Shown: positions 41,658 to 57,463 of the stretch, piece by piece
Layout of the letters: every line of letters starts with the position of its first letter
How positions within the stretch are numbered: position 1 is the first letter of the stretch
From: Eledone cirrhosa
Lineage: Eukaryota
Length of the DNA: 64,000 bases
NCBI GenBank assembly: GCA_964016885.1
Contig: OZ024759.1
Location: 23,002,001-23,066,000, forward strand
Direction: 5' to 3'
Translations under genes and position numbers: made by a program
The notes under the pieces: generated by a model
The model's database searches: none
The model's input: the letters and a program-made list of their open reading frames with translations, nothing else
What the model was told of the DNA's origin: nothing

Positions 41658-42389
41658 TATATACCTATATAGATATATATATGCATACACATATATATAT
41701 GCATATGTATATACACACACACACACACATGTACAGACACACACATATGTATACACACACACGTGTACATACACACGTATACACATGTATACACACATAC
41801 ATGTATACACACACACACACACATGTATACACACACACACATGTACACACACACACACATGTACACACACACACACACATGTATACACACACATATACAC
41901 ACACACAGTTGATTTCCACACAGCATCATAACGGTGGATTCATACATATATATATATACACATTGAATAGATGTGTGTGTGTGTATGCGTTTCGAATGGT
42001 GTTTTATATATGTGGGTGTGTGGGTGGGTGTGTGTATTAGACATTTCTAAGGTGGGATGTAATTTGAGACGTAGAATTGTGCTGTTGTCCCTGTGTGATT
42101 GGGACATAATAGGGCAGGAGTAGACATGACAAATGGAGAGGAAAACGTTGGAAATATTCAAAGAAATGAAAAAAAGAAGCCATTTTGCTTTTTTATGGAG
42201 ATTAAAAAATGAAGTGTGTATGTCAATTGAGAATATATACTAATATACATACATATATATGTATGTGTGTATATATATGCTGCTTCATGTGATTGTTGTA
42301 AACTCTATCATATTAGCTATACTGTTTGCATGCATTTGTCTTATTTTTTCATTATATATAATAAACATATATGTATACATGTGTATGTT

Positions 42390-42441
<52 letters not shown>

Positions 42442-42860
42442 CATACATATATGATATATATTATATATATATCTATATATATCAGAATGCATTTATACAA
42501 ACTATATATATGATATATATATATATGATATATGTATATATGATATATATATAACCCATGCTAGCGTGGAAAATGGACGTTAAACGAAGATGATGATGAT
42601 ATACATATATATATGATATATGTATATATGATATATATATATATGATATATTTTATATATCATCATCTATATGTAAATATGTATACATAGACAGATTTTT
42701 CAATAAAAACCTCATTTTGTTCTTAATATGTACACACACACACACCACACACACACACACACACGTGTGTTGTGTGAGTTCTTGATTAATTTGTTTTATC
42801 ATTATTGCTTTTAGTTGTGGTTTTAAAAAATTAATTATCTTATAGGCTGAAGCCAAAAAG

Positions 42861-42901
42861 GTGTTGCTCATGAGTTTCCCTATGTGAGAACTCCTCAGCA
42901 C
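42861..42901 (-). ncRNA. Degenerate hammerhead-like motif
   Basis: GTG-CTGAGGA-GTTCTCACATAGG-GAAA-CTCATGAG-CAA-CAC; palindromic stem III, cleavage U lost. Confidence 0.35.
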
Positions 42902-43133
42902 TCATCCTCCCTCTTATCCTCTCTCTCTCTCTATCTATCTCTCTATCTCTCCATGTAAATAGACCTTGACTAAATAAACAAAATCCTTCCGCCAACAGTT
43001 TACGAATATAATAATCTAAACAATTTACTTTAACTATCTGGAAGCTTGTCCATTTTATCACCACCGCCATTTTATACATTACTGCCCACCACCACCACCC
43101 AATGCACACACACACACACACACATATATATAA

Positions 43134-43626
43134 TCATCATCATCATCGTTTCATTTCACGTCCACTTTTCCCTGCTTGCAAGGGTGGGACGGGAACCGAT
43201 TCTGGCTTGATTTCTACAGCTGGATGCCCTTCCGAACACGTCCACTTTACAGTGTGGGCTGGTTGTTTTTGTGCCGTGGCACCTCCACGACCACTTTACA
43301 GTATGGGCTGGGTGCTTTTTTGCCGTGGCACCTCCACGACCACTTTACAGTGTGGGCTGGGTGCTTTCTTTTTTTGCCGTGGCACCTCCACGACCACTTT
43401 ACAGTGTGGGCTGGGTGCTTTTTTGCCGTGGCACCTCCACGACCACTTTGCAGTGGAATGATATGGACCCCAGTGCCTATCATCTCATTTCTACAGCTGA
43501 GTAAACTGGAGCAATGTGAAATAAAGTGTCTTGCTCAAGGAAACAACACATCACCCGGTCTGAGAATTGAACTCACAACCTTTCGATTGCAAGGCCAATG
43601 CTCTAACCACTAAGCTATGTGCCTCC

Positions 43627-43627
<1 letters not shown>
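43134..43627 (-). mobile_element. Full-length VNTR-SINE with ~5 internal units
   Basis: Repeated CCACTTTACAGTGTGGGCTGGGTGCTTTTTTGCCGTGGCACCTCCACGA. Confidence 0.9.
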
Positions 43628-43690
<63 letters not shown>

Positions 43691-43864
43691 CACCACCACC
43701 ATTTTATATAGTAAATATACCATCACCAATACCACCATATAATACATTAAGACCAATGCCATCATCGCCACCATATATATATATATACATATATATATAT
43801 CATACATACCCCACTACCACCATCAGCTTATACATTACCACCCACGACCATCACCACCATCATA

Positions 43865-43903
<39 letters not shown>

Positions 43904-44254
43904 CCACCACCATCGTCTTATGTATTATACAACCACCACCACCACCACCAAATTATTTTCTATTCATATCATTGCACCTATTCATCATCATCCGCAAATT
44001 AACCCTTTGGCTAATCTTAGTAATTCCTACTTCAACTATCAACAACAACATCATCATATATGTCACACCCGCTGCTTTCTCAAATATTTCTATTTTTCAA
44101 TAAATTTACACATCCCAATTGATATATAGCCATGTACCCACCAAAGTAAGATTCTATTTCTTTCATTTACCCTATCATCATCATCATCGCTAGAAACTTT
44201 ATGCCTCTTGTTAATCTTACTAATTTCTATCAACTTTATCATCATTGCTCAGAA

Positions 44255-44778
44255 CATTGACCGCCTGGAAACTGGTCACAGACGTGCAACCAAGCGAATA
44301 CCCTCCATCAGGCATCTACCATATGCTGAACGCCTTGCTTCCCTGGGCATCGATACATTGAAGCTCCGACGTCTGGCAACTGACTTGGTAAACACCCACA
44401 AAATTATTAACCATCTTGCCAACAACAACCCTGAGTACCTTTTTGATTTCCATGTGTCTAACACACGTGGGCATGTCCACAAAGTCAGAAAACAGCACAG
44501 CTCCCATGACTTTCGGAAACATTTGAAACATTTTTTTGAGTTGCTGAAGCATGGACCAAACTACCTGCATCAGTTGTTAGCTGTTGATACACTGCATCCT
44601 TTAGAACCTCCATGCTTCCTGAGATTCGCCAACACTACACCTAATATTCCCCCTCCATACACACATGTATATCATGACTCATACACTATTCACTTCCCTG
44701 ACATTTGTATATTATACTATGTACTATACATGCACCTTTGACGAGTTGTAGTGCACCTGAGCATTTTACACAATAATT

Positions 44779-44809
<31 letters not shown>

Positions 44810-44810
44810 C
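44255..44810 (+). mobile_element. CR1/L2-group LINE 3' end with (ATT)n tail
   Basis: IDRLE...RRATKRIPSIRHLPYAERLASLG..TLKLRR...DL...HKII...NTRGH. Confidence 0.85.
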
Positions 44811-45029
44811 ATCACATTTCTTTCTTTACTTCCTTTTTCTTCACATTTCTCTTTCCATAACCCCTTTCTGTTCCTCCCTACAAACCCCAAACCCTTTTAA
44901 AAACACCTATCCCTTTTTCCTTGATTTTTTTTTGTTTATTGAAAACTTAGTCTTGTCTGATGATCCTGTGTGCACACAGGTAAAACTCTAGAGTAACAAA
45001 GCTCACCATTTAGCCATAATAAATGAATA

Positions 45030-45370
45030 TATAGGTAAAGATAAAGACCCCCTTCAGTCACGAATGACCATGGGAGTTGCACCAAGAAAGTTCCCCTCCA
45101 AGGCCCAAGTCTGGGCAAGGTTGTTTGTGGAAGACCAACAGTCAAACATGCTCTCCTCTCCATGCCACCGATGCTTTCCAAAGGAAAGGCTGATAAAAAT
45201 TGGCATCAGTGATGTCGCAACTCATTTCTACAGCTGAGTGAAATGGAGCAACGTGAAAATAAAGAGTGTTTTCTTCAAGAACACAATGCAAAACCCAGTC
45301 TGAGAATCCAACTCATAACCTCATGGATTGTAAGTCCGACATTAACCACTAAGCCATGTGCCTTCACATG
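45030..45370 (-). mobile_element. CORE-like tRNA SINE, different tail family
   Basis: Tail GGTAAAGATAAAGACCCCCTTC shared with 18975-19135 and 27165-27265. Confidence 0.7.
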
Positions 45371-45704
45371 AATGAATATATATATATATATATATATATG
45401 TTGTTATTTCTGTTTACCTTTTACCTATATATATCACCTCTACTACCCTAAGTATTGAGTACTCTGGTGCATTATGGTCCATCTGGTTCCTTACCACACC
45501 ACCTCCTTTATATATACATACATATACACATATCAGGATAGAAGTAGTGTTAAACTAGTTAGTCCAATAGTCAACAGAGTACTCGATATATGGAATAGTG
45601 AAGTATGGTCTGCAACTCGCTGCTGAAAGGTGCAAGAGTGCAGCTGTCCGGCCCCAGCTCCTAATATATATATACAAAAATATTCAGATCTAGCAACGAA
45701 CTCT

Positions 45705-45719
45705 CATACACACACACAC

Positions 45720-45759
<40 letters not shown>

Positions 45760-45975
45760 TTATATATATATATACATACATATATATACATTCATATATA
45801 TACATTCATATATATACATTCATATATATACATTTATATATATACATACATATATATATATACATATATATACATACATATACATATATACACATATATA
45901 TATATACATATATATATATACATATACATACATATATATACATACATATACATACATATATATACATACATATAC

Positions 45976-46022
<47 letters not shown>

Positions 46023-46067
46023 CATATATATACATACATATACATACATATATATACATACATATAC

Positions 46068-46102
<35 letters not shown>

Positions 46103-46107
46103 CATAC

Positions 46108-46138
<31 letters not shown>

Positions 46139-46143
46139 CATAC

Positions 46144-46174
<31 letters not shown>

Positions 46175-46196
46175 CATACATATATATATATACACA

Positions 46197-46228
<32 letters not shown>

Positions 46229-46435
46229 CATATATATATACATATATATATACATATATATATATACATATATATATACATATATACATACATATATATA
46301 CATATATACATATACACATATACATATACATATATACATATACATATACATATATACATAAACATATAGATATACACATAAACATATATATATACACATA
46401 AACATATATATATACACATAAACATATATATATAC

Positions 46436-46500
<65 letters not shown>

Positions 46501-46828
46501 CATATATATATATACATATATACATATATATATACATATATACATATATATACACATATATATATATATATACATATATATACATATATATATATACATA
46601 TATATATACATATATATACATATATATATACATATATATACATATACATATATATATATATACATACATATATATATATATATATATACATATATACATA
46701 TACATATATATACATATATATACATACATATATATACATATATATACATATATATACATACATATATATACATATATATATATACATACATATATATACA
46801 TATATATATATATATATACATATATATA
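45705..46828. repeat. (TA)n/(TACA)n tract of ~1.1 kb
   Basis: Direct inspection. Confidence 0.95.
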
Positions 46829-47171
46829 TGTAGTAAGACGCCTTACGCCCCCTTGTCGGATAATGGACGAGGCCTAGTTGTCTCCCCCTGGTTGAGAACA
46901 CTATTTAAGTAAGCAGCAGTATTACTTTCTCAGACAAGCCACGGAGACAGCAAACAGCAGACGGCCTTTGTACCACGAAACAGCAGACAGCCTTTGGACC
47001 ACGAGATCACACAGATGTCAATACACTGAACTCCCATGCTGAAGCCACAAGGATAGTGTTGGCCGAGCACTGGCACATAACATATTTCACTTTACTGGTC
47101 TCGTCACATTGGTGATCCAGACGTGGGCGTTACATTGGTGACCCAGACGTGGGCGTTACATTGGTGACCCA
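46829..47171 (+). mobile_element. LTR (46829-47108, TGT...ACA) followed by a triplicated tRNA-Trp primer-binding site
   Basis: TGGTGACCCAGACGTG matches 15/16 of the complement of the eukaryotic tRNA-Trp 3' end (TGGTGACCCCGACGTG); TATTTAA near 46902. Confidence 0.7.
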
Positions 47172-47454
47172 CGACAATTGTAATACGTTGCCTTCATTTC
47201 AACTGATCATGTCTATATTGGTATGTTGTTTCATTTGTAATATAACAAACACATAATAGACAAAATAAACATCATCCTTATTTACATTGTTGAATAGAAC
47301 TCTCGTTGTGGTTATTATCTTGTCTACACACACACCCACTCACTTGTTATAATTCTATGGAGTACCGATCCTCTCACTTACGAAATGGTAAATAGACGAG
47401 GGACTTTCCCTCACGTCTATATTGATAAACTATCCAACAAGGATTCTTCATTAC

Positions 47455-49298
<1,844 letters not shown>

Positions 49299-49879
49299 TT
49301 ACATGGTGCATCACCAATGTGTGTTTTTGACTTCTGTAACTATTCCAGTATTGGCAAAACCAGAATGGGAAATATGTTGCTGAAACGAAAATAGAAAATT
49401 AATGGGTTTCTATCTCACTATTTTACCCATTTTAAATATCTGGCTACATATGTGCTGGCAAAACTGGTTAAAATATGTGTGAAAATGACTGATAATGATA
49501 GTTCAGCCAAACTAAATATGTGATAGCAATATTTAAGATTCTATCAATATCTTAGAAGGGAGAGAATATTTTCTACATATTTATTTTATTTATAACTGGT
49601 ATATCTATATGTTATGCTAGTACGACATATGTGAGTGTGTGTGTGTATGTGTGTCTATATGTATGTGTGTTTCTACATATGTATATATGTGTGTATCTAT
49701 AAATGTAAATATGAATATATTTATTATGATGCATGCAGTAATACAGAAGACCCGCCTTCCCTACGTGCAAAGTTAACCTACAGTCAGTAGGCACCCTCCA
49801 AACCAAACATACACCCCCAACCCACTACCCCACTCCATCCTCCCACTCCCGCCAACACCACCCTTTCTCTATAAAGTTA

Positions 49880-50168
49880 TGTTGGTACCACAACATCCAG
49901 TCCACACTAATGAGATCGTGTAGGTGTCATGACAAAAAACACAGTCCACGCTGTAATGTGGTTGTGTAGGTAACATGGTAAAAAGTTCCCAGTCCACACT
50001 GTAAATGTGGTTGGTGTTAGGAAGGGCATCCAGCTGCAGGAAACCTGCCAGATAGCCCTATACGAGCGAGACACGGTCACCCGACCAATCTTGCCTCAAG
50101 TGGGACAACTCCCGTTTAACCCAAGCTAGCGTGGAAGATAGACGTTAAATGATGATGATGACGATGAT
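49880..50168 (+). mobile_element. (TGA)n-tailed SINE, second subfamily
   Basis: Matches 18695-18870 and the reverse complement of 10295-10580. Confidence 0.8.
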
Positions 50169-50535
50169 GTATGATGTATGTGTGTGTGTGTGTGTGTGTG
50201 TGAATGTTGTGTATGTATGATCTAGTGGTTAAGTTGGATCTATGATAATCATGTGGTGGGTTCATTTCATGGATCATGTTGTATGTGTTCTTGAGAAAAA
50301 CACTTCATTTCACGTTGCCCCAGTATACTCAGCTGAAAACAAGTGCTGGCAATATCTGGGTGGGGGTTTAACCCTGCAATGGACTGGCATCCTATCCAGC
50401 GTGGAAGTCTTATATTCTCAGTTGCTTAAAGCCAGGGAAACTTGGATAAGCACTGGCAAATGAACCTTCTGTGTTCAGACCACTAAACCACACCCCTTCT
50501 CTTTTTATCAAGGTTCGATACAACTTGACATTAAT

Positions 50536-50712
50536 TGTTTCTACTTTTGGCACAAGGCCAGCAATTACTCAGTGCATTACTGGTACTTTAGTTTATCGAC
50601 CCCGTAAGGATGAAAGGCAAAGTTAACTTCAGCGGGATTTGAACTCAGAATGACAAGGGCTGTAACTCCATGCGTCAAAGGATGGCGTCCAACCCTCTAC
50701 CGATACTGCCAA
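50536..50712 (-). mobile_element. SINE-A with 11-bp target-site duplication
   Basis: TTGACATTAAT at 50525-50535 and 50713-50723. Confidence 0.85.
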
Positions 50713-51122
50713 TTGACATTAATGACATTCCAATTCACAGTTCCAGCTGAGCGAACTGGAGCAATACAGGCAGATCCAGGAATTGAACTCATGACCTTAC
50801 AGCCATGAGCTTAGTAGCCTAACCGCTAAGCTAAGCACCGTCACAAAACTCTACATGCTGTTAAACATACGGAATATACTTCAAAGAACTAAAACTATTT
50901 AGTTACGAAGAAACTATGTCTTTGGTGCAAAGAGAATTTTTAACAGTCTCCATCACATTAACTGTGATATGCAAATTACCTCACCAAGTTGTCCGTTAAG
51001 CAATAATTCTTTTATGTAACTATTAACTAACTCTTGGGCTTTGTGGGAAAATCGATGGGTGAAATGAAGTCTGACGTCTTGTCGAGGAAAAAATTATATA
51101 AGTGTGTGCATGTCAGTGTGAC

Positions 51123-51165
<43 letters not shown>

Positions 51166-51849
51166 GTAAATGTGCGTGTGTAGAGAGAGAGAGATAGCTA
51201 TAGATAGATAAGTATATATATGTGTGTGTGTGTGTGCGTGAATATGTATGTATGTATGATATATCTATGTATATGAGTTCACACGTGAGGGTGCGTGTGT
51301 GTTTAATTGTAATAAATAGGATTCTTATAACCATATGACTGCATAAAAAGAAACTAATTTACATATCTGTGGTAATGTCACATCTATTTAAAAAAATTCT
51401 CTTTAGATCCGAACATAGCTTTAAATTTGAATAATTTCCATCTTCTGAGGTATATTTAAATATGTTAATGCTACAGTAGAAATGAAACTGCATTTATAAC
51501 TTCGAAGGGAATAAAGAATAATATGGATTCGAAAGTAACTCGGTCAGTTTTGTCACTGTGTGTTGGACCACTGACGGCTTTGTCAATATTTAGACTCATT
51601 TTGAAACCCTGAATACCCATTTTTTTTTTTTAATGGGCAAGAGTGTGGGTGGTGGTGTGGTGGGGTGCAATTGGTGGTTGTTGACTTTTCAGTGTTCTCC
51701 ACTCTTTGGTTTTGTTTTTCATCCTAAAGAGAGTCCAAAATTCACTATCCTCACCAAGGAAGCTTTGTGGCAAAATCGGTGGCAGAAATGAAGTCTGATG
51801 TCTTCTTCTTCACCCAATTATTCAATTATTCCTGAGAGGGTTGTAGGGG

Positions 51850-52255
51850 CAACAAGAAGCTGACCATCGATCCCATACTCCTGCAGAACCTTCCGCAGCA
51901 GGTCTCGTGGAATGCGATCATATGTATTTTCGAGGTCAACAAAGCGAGAATATACCTCTTGGCAGTAATGCCATGGTTTCTCAAAAACATGCCGCAGTGC
52001 GAATATTTAGTCAACTGTGTTTTGTCAGGGCAAAAACCACACTGCTCAGCAGCTAGCTTTGACTTAACAATCTCTCTACATCTCTCTACATCTCTCTACA
52101 TCTCTCTATACTTAGCATAGACTTTACAAGAGAGGCTAAACAAGGAGATCCCTCTATAATTGGAATTATCACTCCCAACTGCCATTGCTTTGGTACCTTT
52201 CCAGAGGTCCAGGCCACCTGGCACACATGAATCAGCCAGAGAATACCTTCTCTAT
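51850..52255 (-). mobile_element. RTE-clade reverse transcriptase fragment, decayed
   Basis: GKVPKQWQLGVIIP...NYRGISL...QCGF...FVDLE..YD.IPR, with frameshifts. Confidence 0.8.
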
Positions 52256-53303
52256 TCTGTGTCAGGTGTTTGTGTTAAGAGAGGGGCTGGACTGGGTGCT
52301 TTTTGTTGTGACACCTACACGACCACTTTACAGTGTGTACTGAATGCTTTTTAATGTGACATCTACATGACCACTTTACAGTGTGGACTGGGTGCTTTTG
52401 GTCATGACGCCTACTCGACCGCTTTACAGTGTGGAATGGGTGATTTTTGTTGTGACACCTACACAACCACTTTTATATATCACTGCTGAACCGAACTTGT
52501 GAGAGGTTGTACCAGTAGAACTTAAGAGTGACCCGAGATAAATAAAGATATAAATGATTTGAACTGTCAAACCTATTTCTAGATAGATATTTTCTGTGAA
52601 ATCATTACAGGATGTTTAAAAAGTTAACATATGAACTAATTACTTGAGCAGAGAAAGAAGTTCAATATTATATAAAGTAGGGAACCATTACCGAAACAGA
52701 ACCAGGAGCTAAAATCATTACAATAAGGAATCAAATATATAATGACCAGTTATTAGACAACTGGTATGGTGGGAATATAAAAATCTAGGAAGACATCTGA
52801 AATATTATGAGCTGATATCGTTTCTATTTAAACACATTATTGATTCTGCCCTGCAGACAACATAACAAATACGATAGATTGACTGTATGATATATATACT
52901 GTATAATGAATGTTAAGAGAGACAGAAAATGATGACTAAACAAATAAATGCCAAGAAAAATTGGAAATTGGTGAGATTGCTTCAACACTTCTTGAAATAT
53001 AAGAAAATATAAGGAAATAAATTAAAATAAAATGAAATATATACTTATTTCCAACACTTTGCGTGAAAAGGCAATTATGTCATTTTCCCACCATCTCTCT
53101 CTATATATATATATCATCATCATCGTTTAACGTCCATTTTCCACGCTAACATGGGTCTATATATATATATACACATACATACACCCATATACACACACAC
53201 ATGAATATACAAACACACACATTTATATATATATATATATACATACATATATATATATATAAACACATACACACACAGATGTATTTATATACATACACAC
53301 ATA

Positions 53304-54135
53304 CAAGTTTGCTCTGTTATTTGAGAACATTTACATGGGCATAGTAAAAGATGCATAAGTCATGAAAAAAGAGGTTCATTTGAGAAAAAATTGGCATGAA
53401 TAATCTTCAGACTCTTCTTGATGCATCTACACCAATGACTCTGCCATTAGTATCATTGGCTTGCCTGGATCAGATGATCTCTATCTATTTTGGACATTGT
53501 GCTAGTCTTGGCAGACAGAAATTTTATAGTGTTATGGAGGCATTGATTGACTTTCTTCTTCACTACTTTCCATATGTAGTAGCCCAACAGTTTCTTGTTT
53601 GGAGAGCTAGGAGGTCATATATTTGGTCTAACATGATCTTGAAGATTCTCACTCACCTATTCTTGGATTGTCTTGGTCTTATTAGATGGTACAGAGCCTT
53701 GTTGGTAGAAGCATGGTCTTCCTTTGTTCATACTTTCTTTCCAAGGCCTCAACACTCTATCTAGCACCTCCTTATAGTCAACATCATTGACCCTTAAGCC
53801 ATGAAGAAAGAAATAAGGAGGCCTGACATCTCCGTTATTACACACAACTCTCAGAACCATCATAGTTGCTGGAAACTCTGTGTGCATGACTGCTGGAAAC
53901 TGTGTGCATGACTGCTGGAATGTACTTAGGGTCTCTGCTTAACCATCTGTCATTCCTTCGGTTGGCCTTTTGGTCTAATCAAAGTACTTTTCCTCAGAGA
54001 AAAGTCGAAGCATTCCAGGCTTTTAATGTTTCAACTTTGCTCAACAAGGACTTTGCACAGATCAATCGATTATCTTTTGTCTTTGAAGATATGAATCATT
54101 TGCCTCTTTGCATCATACTTGACAAGTATTGAAGG
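53304..54135 (-). mobile_element. Decayed Tc1/mariner transposon (DD37D/maT-like transposase)
   Basis: FSEEKYFD; HTEFPATMMVL.VV.N.GDV.PP.FF..GLRVN; YQQGSVPS; *PPSSP...YYIW; in-frame stops. Confidence 0.85.
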
Positions 54136-55149
54136 TTCTCTTCTCCTCCCGCTTATTTCTGGGTGTGTCATAGGGGCCCCCGAGTCCTCAAACATTCCTT
54201 CCAGCAGGTCCTGTCGGAATCAAATGTTTCCAACTGATCCAGCTAGACCCCCAAGCAAGACCAGCCATGCTCATGGACGTTAAACAACGATGTTGCTTGG
54301 AGTATACCCCTGGGTCTCCTGCCCATAAAATCTGTCCAGCGATTCTATCCCGAGACATTCGAACAACATGCCTGTAATATCGGATGTGTGATCTCTAAAT
54401 TCAGAGAAGTAGTGTAAACATGTAAAAAATATATACTTAAAACCCAGAGTAAGATTCTCTCATACACAGAATACAATCAACATACCTTAACACACACTTC
54501 ACCTCTTGAACAATTAGCTTCTATAATCCCTACAATATTGAGAGACTCTCAAAATAACATTCCAATAAGCAACCTTAGGTGCTGCTTCACCCACTTGCTC
54601 CCTGGCCCCACCTACCTTATTGGATCTAACTTCTTAATGTACTCAACAATTTGCTTCCAATAACCTATAAATTATATAAATTATTTTCTTCATCTGTCAT
54701 TTCAAAGAAAGGTGTTTCCTCTCCTTTTCACTCCTCCACATCTAACTACTAATAATTATTGGCCCTTTCATTGGAACTCTTTTATAAAAGAAGAATTGAA
54801 CCATTACAACCATTCATTTTAAGATGGTTGAACAGACGAGAGGGTATATATATTAGATCTTTCCAGTAAAACACACGTGTATATAGAAAATGTCCTGTTG
54901 ATGTAATCAGAAATTTTAAAAAACAACTCAAACCTCGGATTTGAGGGCTTCACCAACTTTGTGTGTATATATGTGTATATATATAAGTGTGTTTGCATGT
55001 GTATATATGTGTATATATAAGTGTGTGTGCATGTGTATATATATGTATCGGGGGATGTAAACAAATATATACTGCATTATTATATATTGAAGTGATGTTT
55101 TTTTCCCTGCCGGCATCTTAATTTTATTAAATCTCAAGTTTTGCTCCAT

Positions 55150-55950
55150 CTGTTTGTGTGTGTGTTTATGTGTGTGTGTCTGTGTCTGAGTGTATGCGTG
55201 TGTGTGTGAGTGCATGTGTGTGTGTGACTGTGTGACTGTGTGTGTGTGTGTGTGTGTGTTACTGTGTGCGTGTGTGTGACTGTGTGTGTGACTGTGAGTC
55301 TGAGTGCATGTGTGTGTATGGTTGACTGTGACTGTGCATGTGCACATATGTGTGACTATGTGTGTGTATGTGTGACTGTGCACACCTGTGTGTATGTGTG
55401 ACTGTGTACGTATGTATGTATGTGTGATTGATGGTGTTCATGAGTGTGTGTGTATGTGTGTGTGTGTGACTATGTACATATGTATGTATGTGTGACTGAT
55501 GGTGTGTGTATGTGTGACTGTACATATGTATGTATGTGTGACTGTGATGGTGTGTGTGTGTATGTGTGTATGTGACTGTACATATGTATGTATGTGTGAC
55601 TGATGGTGTGTGTGTGTATGTGTGTATGTGACTGTGTACATATGTATGTATGTGTGAGTGTGATGGTGTTCATGTGTGTGTATGTGTGACTGCGTACATA
55701 TGTATGTGCGATGGTGTTCATGTGTGTGTGTATGTGCACGTGTGTGAGACTATGTATGTATGTATGTGTGTGTGTGTGACTATGATGGTGTTCATGTGTG
55801 TGTGTGTGCGTGTATGTGCACATGTGTGTACGTGTGTGTGTGTGTGTGTGTGTGTGCACATGTGTGTGACTACGTACATATGTATGTGTGTGTGTGTGTG
55901 CGCACATGTGTGTGACTGAGTACATATGTATGTGTGTGTGACTGTGTGTG
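55150..55950. repeat. Diverged (TG)n with TGTGACTG units
   Basis: Direct inspection. Confidence 0.9.
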
Positions 55951-56199
55951 GTAGGTAAGGGGCAGAGAACTGTGTATTCTCCAGGCATTCCAATAAAGCA
56001 TTTATATATAAGATATCAATGAAAGTATATTTCTTTTGTTATTCAAGTGTTCAGTCATAGTGATGCATCTCCTCCATCTCACTCACAGTAAATGCCTGGC
56101 TACAATTTCTTACTTTATAGCAACCTTAATAATAAGCTATGTATGTGTGTATATTATATATATAAATATATATGTGTATGTTTGAGTATATATACTCAA

Positions 56200-56254
<55 letters not shown>

Positions 56255-56291
56255 ATTAAATAAATGGAAACTATATTTATAAAACCATATC

Positions 56292-56357
56292 TATTTCATT
56301 ATATATATTTCGGGGATATCATATTAACAATATGCTATGCCTTCCTCAGACAAAATA
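56292..56357 (-). ncRNA. Type I hammerhead ribozyme motif (family A), mirror copy
   Basis: Exact reverse complement of 56502-56567. Confidence 0.7.
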
Positions 56358-56501
56358 CAATATAAACAGTTTTATAGATAAATAGATTCGACATACCGTT
56401 ATAACACCGACTTGCATTTGAAGAGGTTATAACCTCTTCAAATGCAAGTCGGTGTTATAACGGTATGTCGAATCTATTTATCTATAAAACTGTTTATATT
56501 G

Positions 56502-56567
56502 TATTTTGTCTGAGGAAGGCATAGCATATTGTTAATATGATATCCCCGAAATATATATAATGAAATA
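56502..56567 (+). ncRNA. Type I hammerhead ribozyme motif (family A)
   Basis: TATTTTGT-CTGAGGA-AGGCATAGCATATT-GTT-AATATGATATCCCC-GAAA-TATATA-TA-ATGAAATA. Confidence 0.7.
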
Positions 56568-56695
56568 GATATGGTTTTATAAATATAGTTTCCATTTATT
56601 TAATATTGTAAATATACTCCAAATATTTGTCGAGTGCTTTTATATCAGTTATAAATATTTACTAGTTGTAACCCAACAATTTTAAATATAACTTT

Positions 56696-56751
<56 letters not shown>

Positions 56752-57463
56752 TCAAACACACACACAGACCTATATATATATAATAGTTTACTCAAACACA
56801 TATATATATATATATATATAATAGTTTATATAGAAAAGGCTTCTATAGGACTAGTACTGTATATATATATAGGAAAAAGTATGACCCCGACGGCAGAGCT
56901 CAAGCCGTTTCGACGGCTATTTCTGGACTATTTCTTTCCTATTACCCACTCTACTACATAAGTATTGAGTACTCTGGTGCGTTATGGTCCATCTGGTTGC
57001 TTACCACAATTCCTTCATTATATATATATATATATAAATATATAATATACAATATATATATAATAATTGTTTCTACTTTAGGCACAAGGCCAACAATTAC
57101 CCAGTGCAATACTGGTACTTTATTTTATCGACCCCGTAAGGATGAAAGGCAATATATATAATAATACAAGGACGAATGGTTACTCCATTACATTTATTGG
57201 TTGGTGACGCGTGTTCCGCTACTGATTAGCTCAATTTTTCCATCTGTATCGATCTAGCCCGACTCTGGAATCAAAAGCTCATTGGACCTCTGTGGGAGTG
57301 ATGGGAAAATGAATATACATGGCATACAACAATGTCTAACGTTCATGTTGGTCAGTTTAAGTTGTTTTGATTGGTGGATTAATTACGAGGAATGTTTTTG
57401 CCTGTAATATAGCTGGGTGGATATATATATATATATATATAAATCAAATGAAAAAGATATATA

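Larger units (their letters stand above)
56249..56610. repeat. Perfect 362-bp palindrome (181-bp arms, no spacer) of an HHR family A element; tail continues to ~56698
   Basis: Checked base by base; centre between 56429 and 56430 (AAGAGGTTA/TAACCTCTT). Confidence 0.95.

Noticed and set aside
43240-43455. CRISPR-like ~42-bp repeat array (also 10870-11125, 21176-21385, 52275-52475)
   Set aside because: No unique spacers and no cas genes, and the context is eukaryotic; these are SINE-internal VNTRs or microsatellite-spaced duplications
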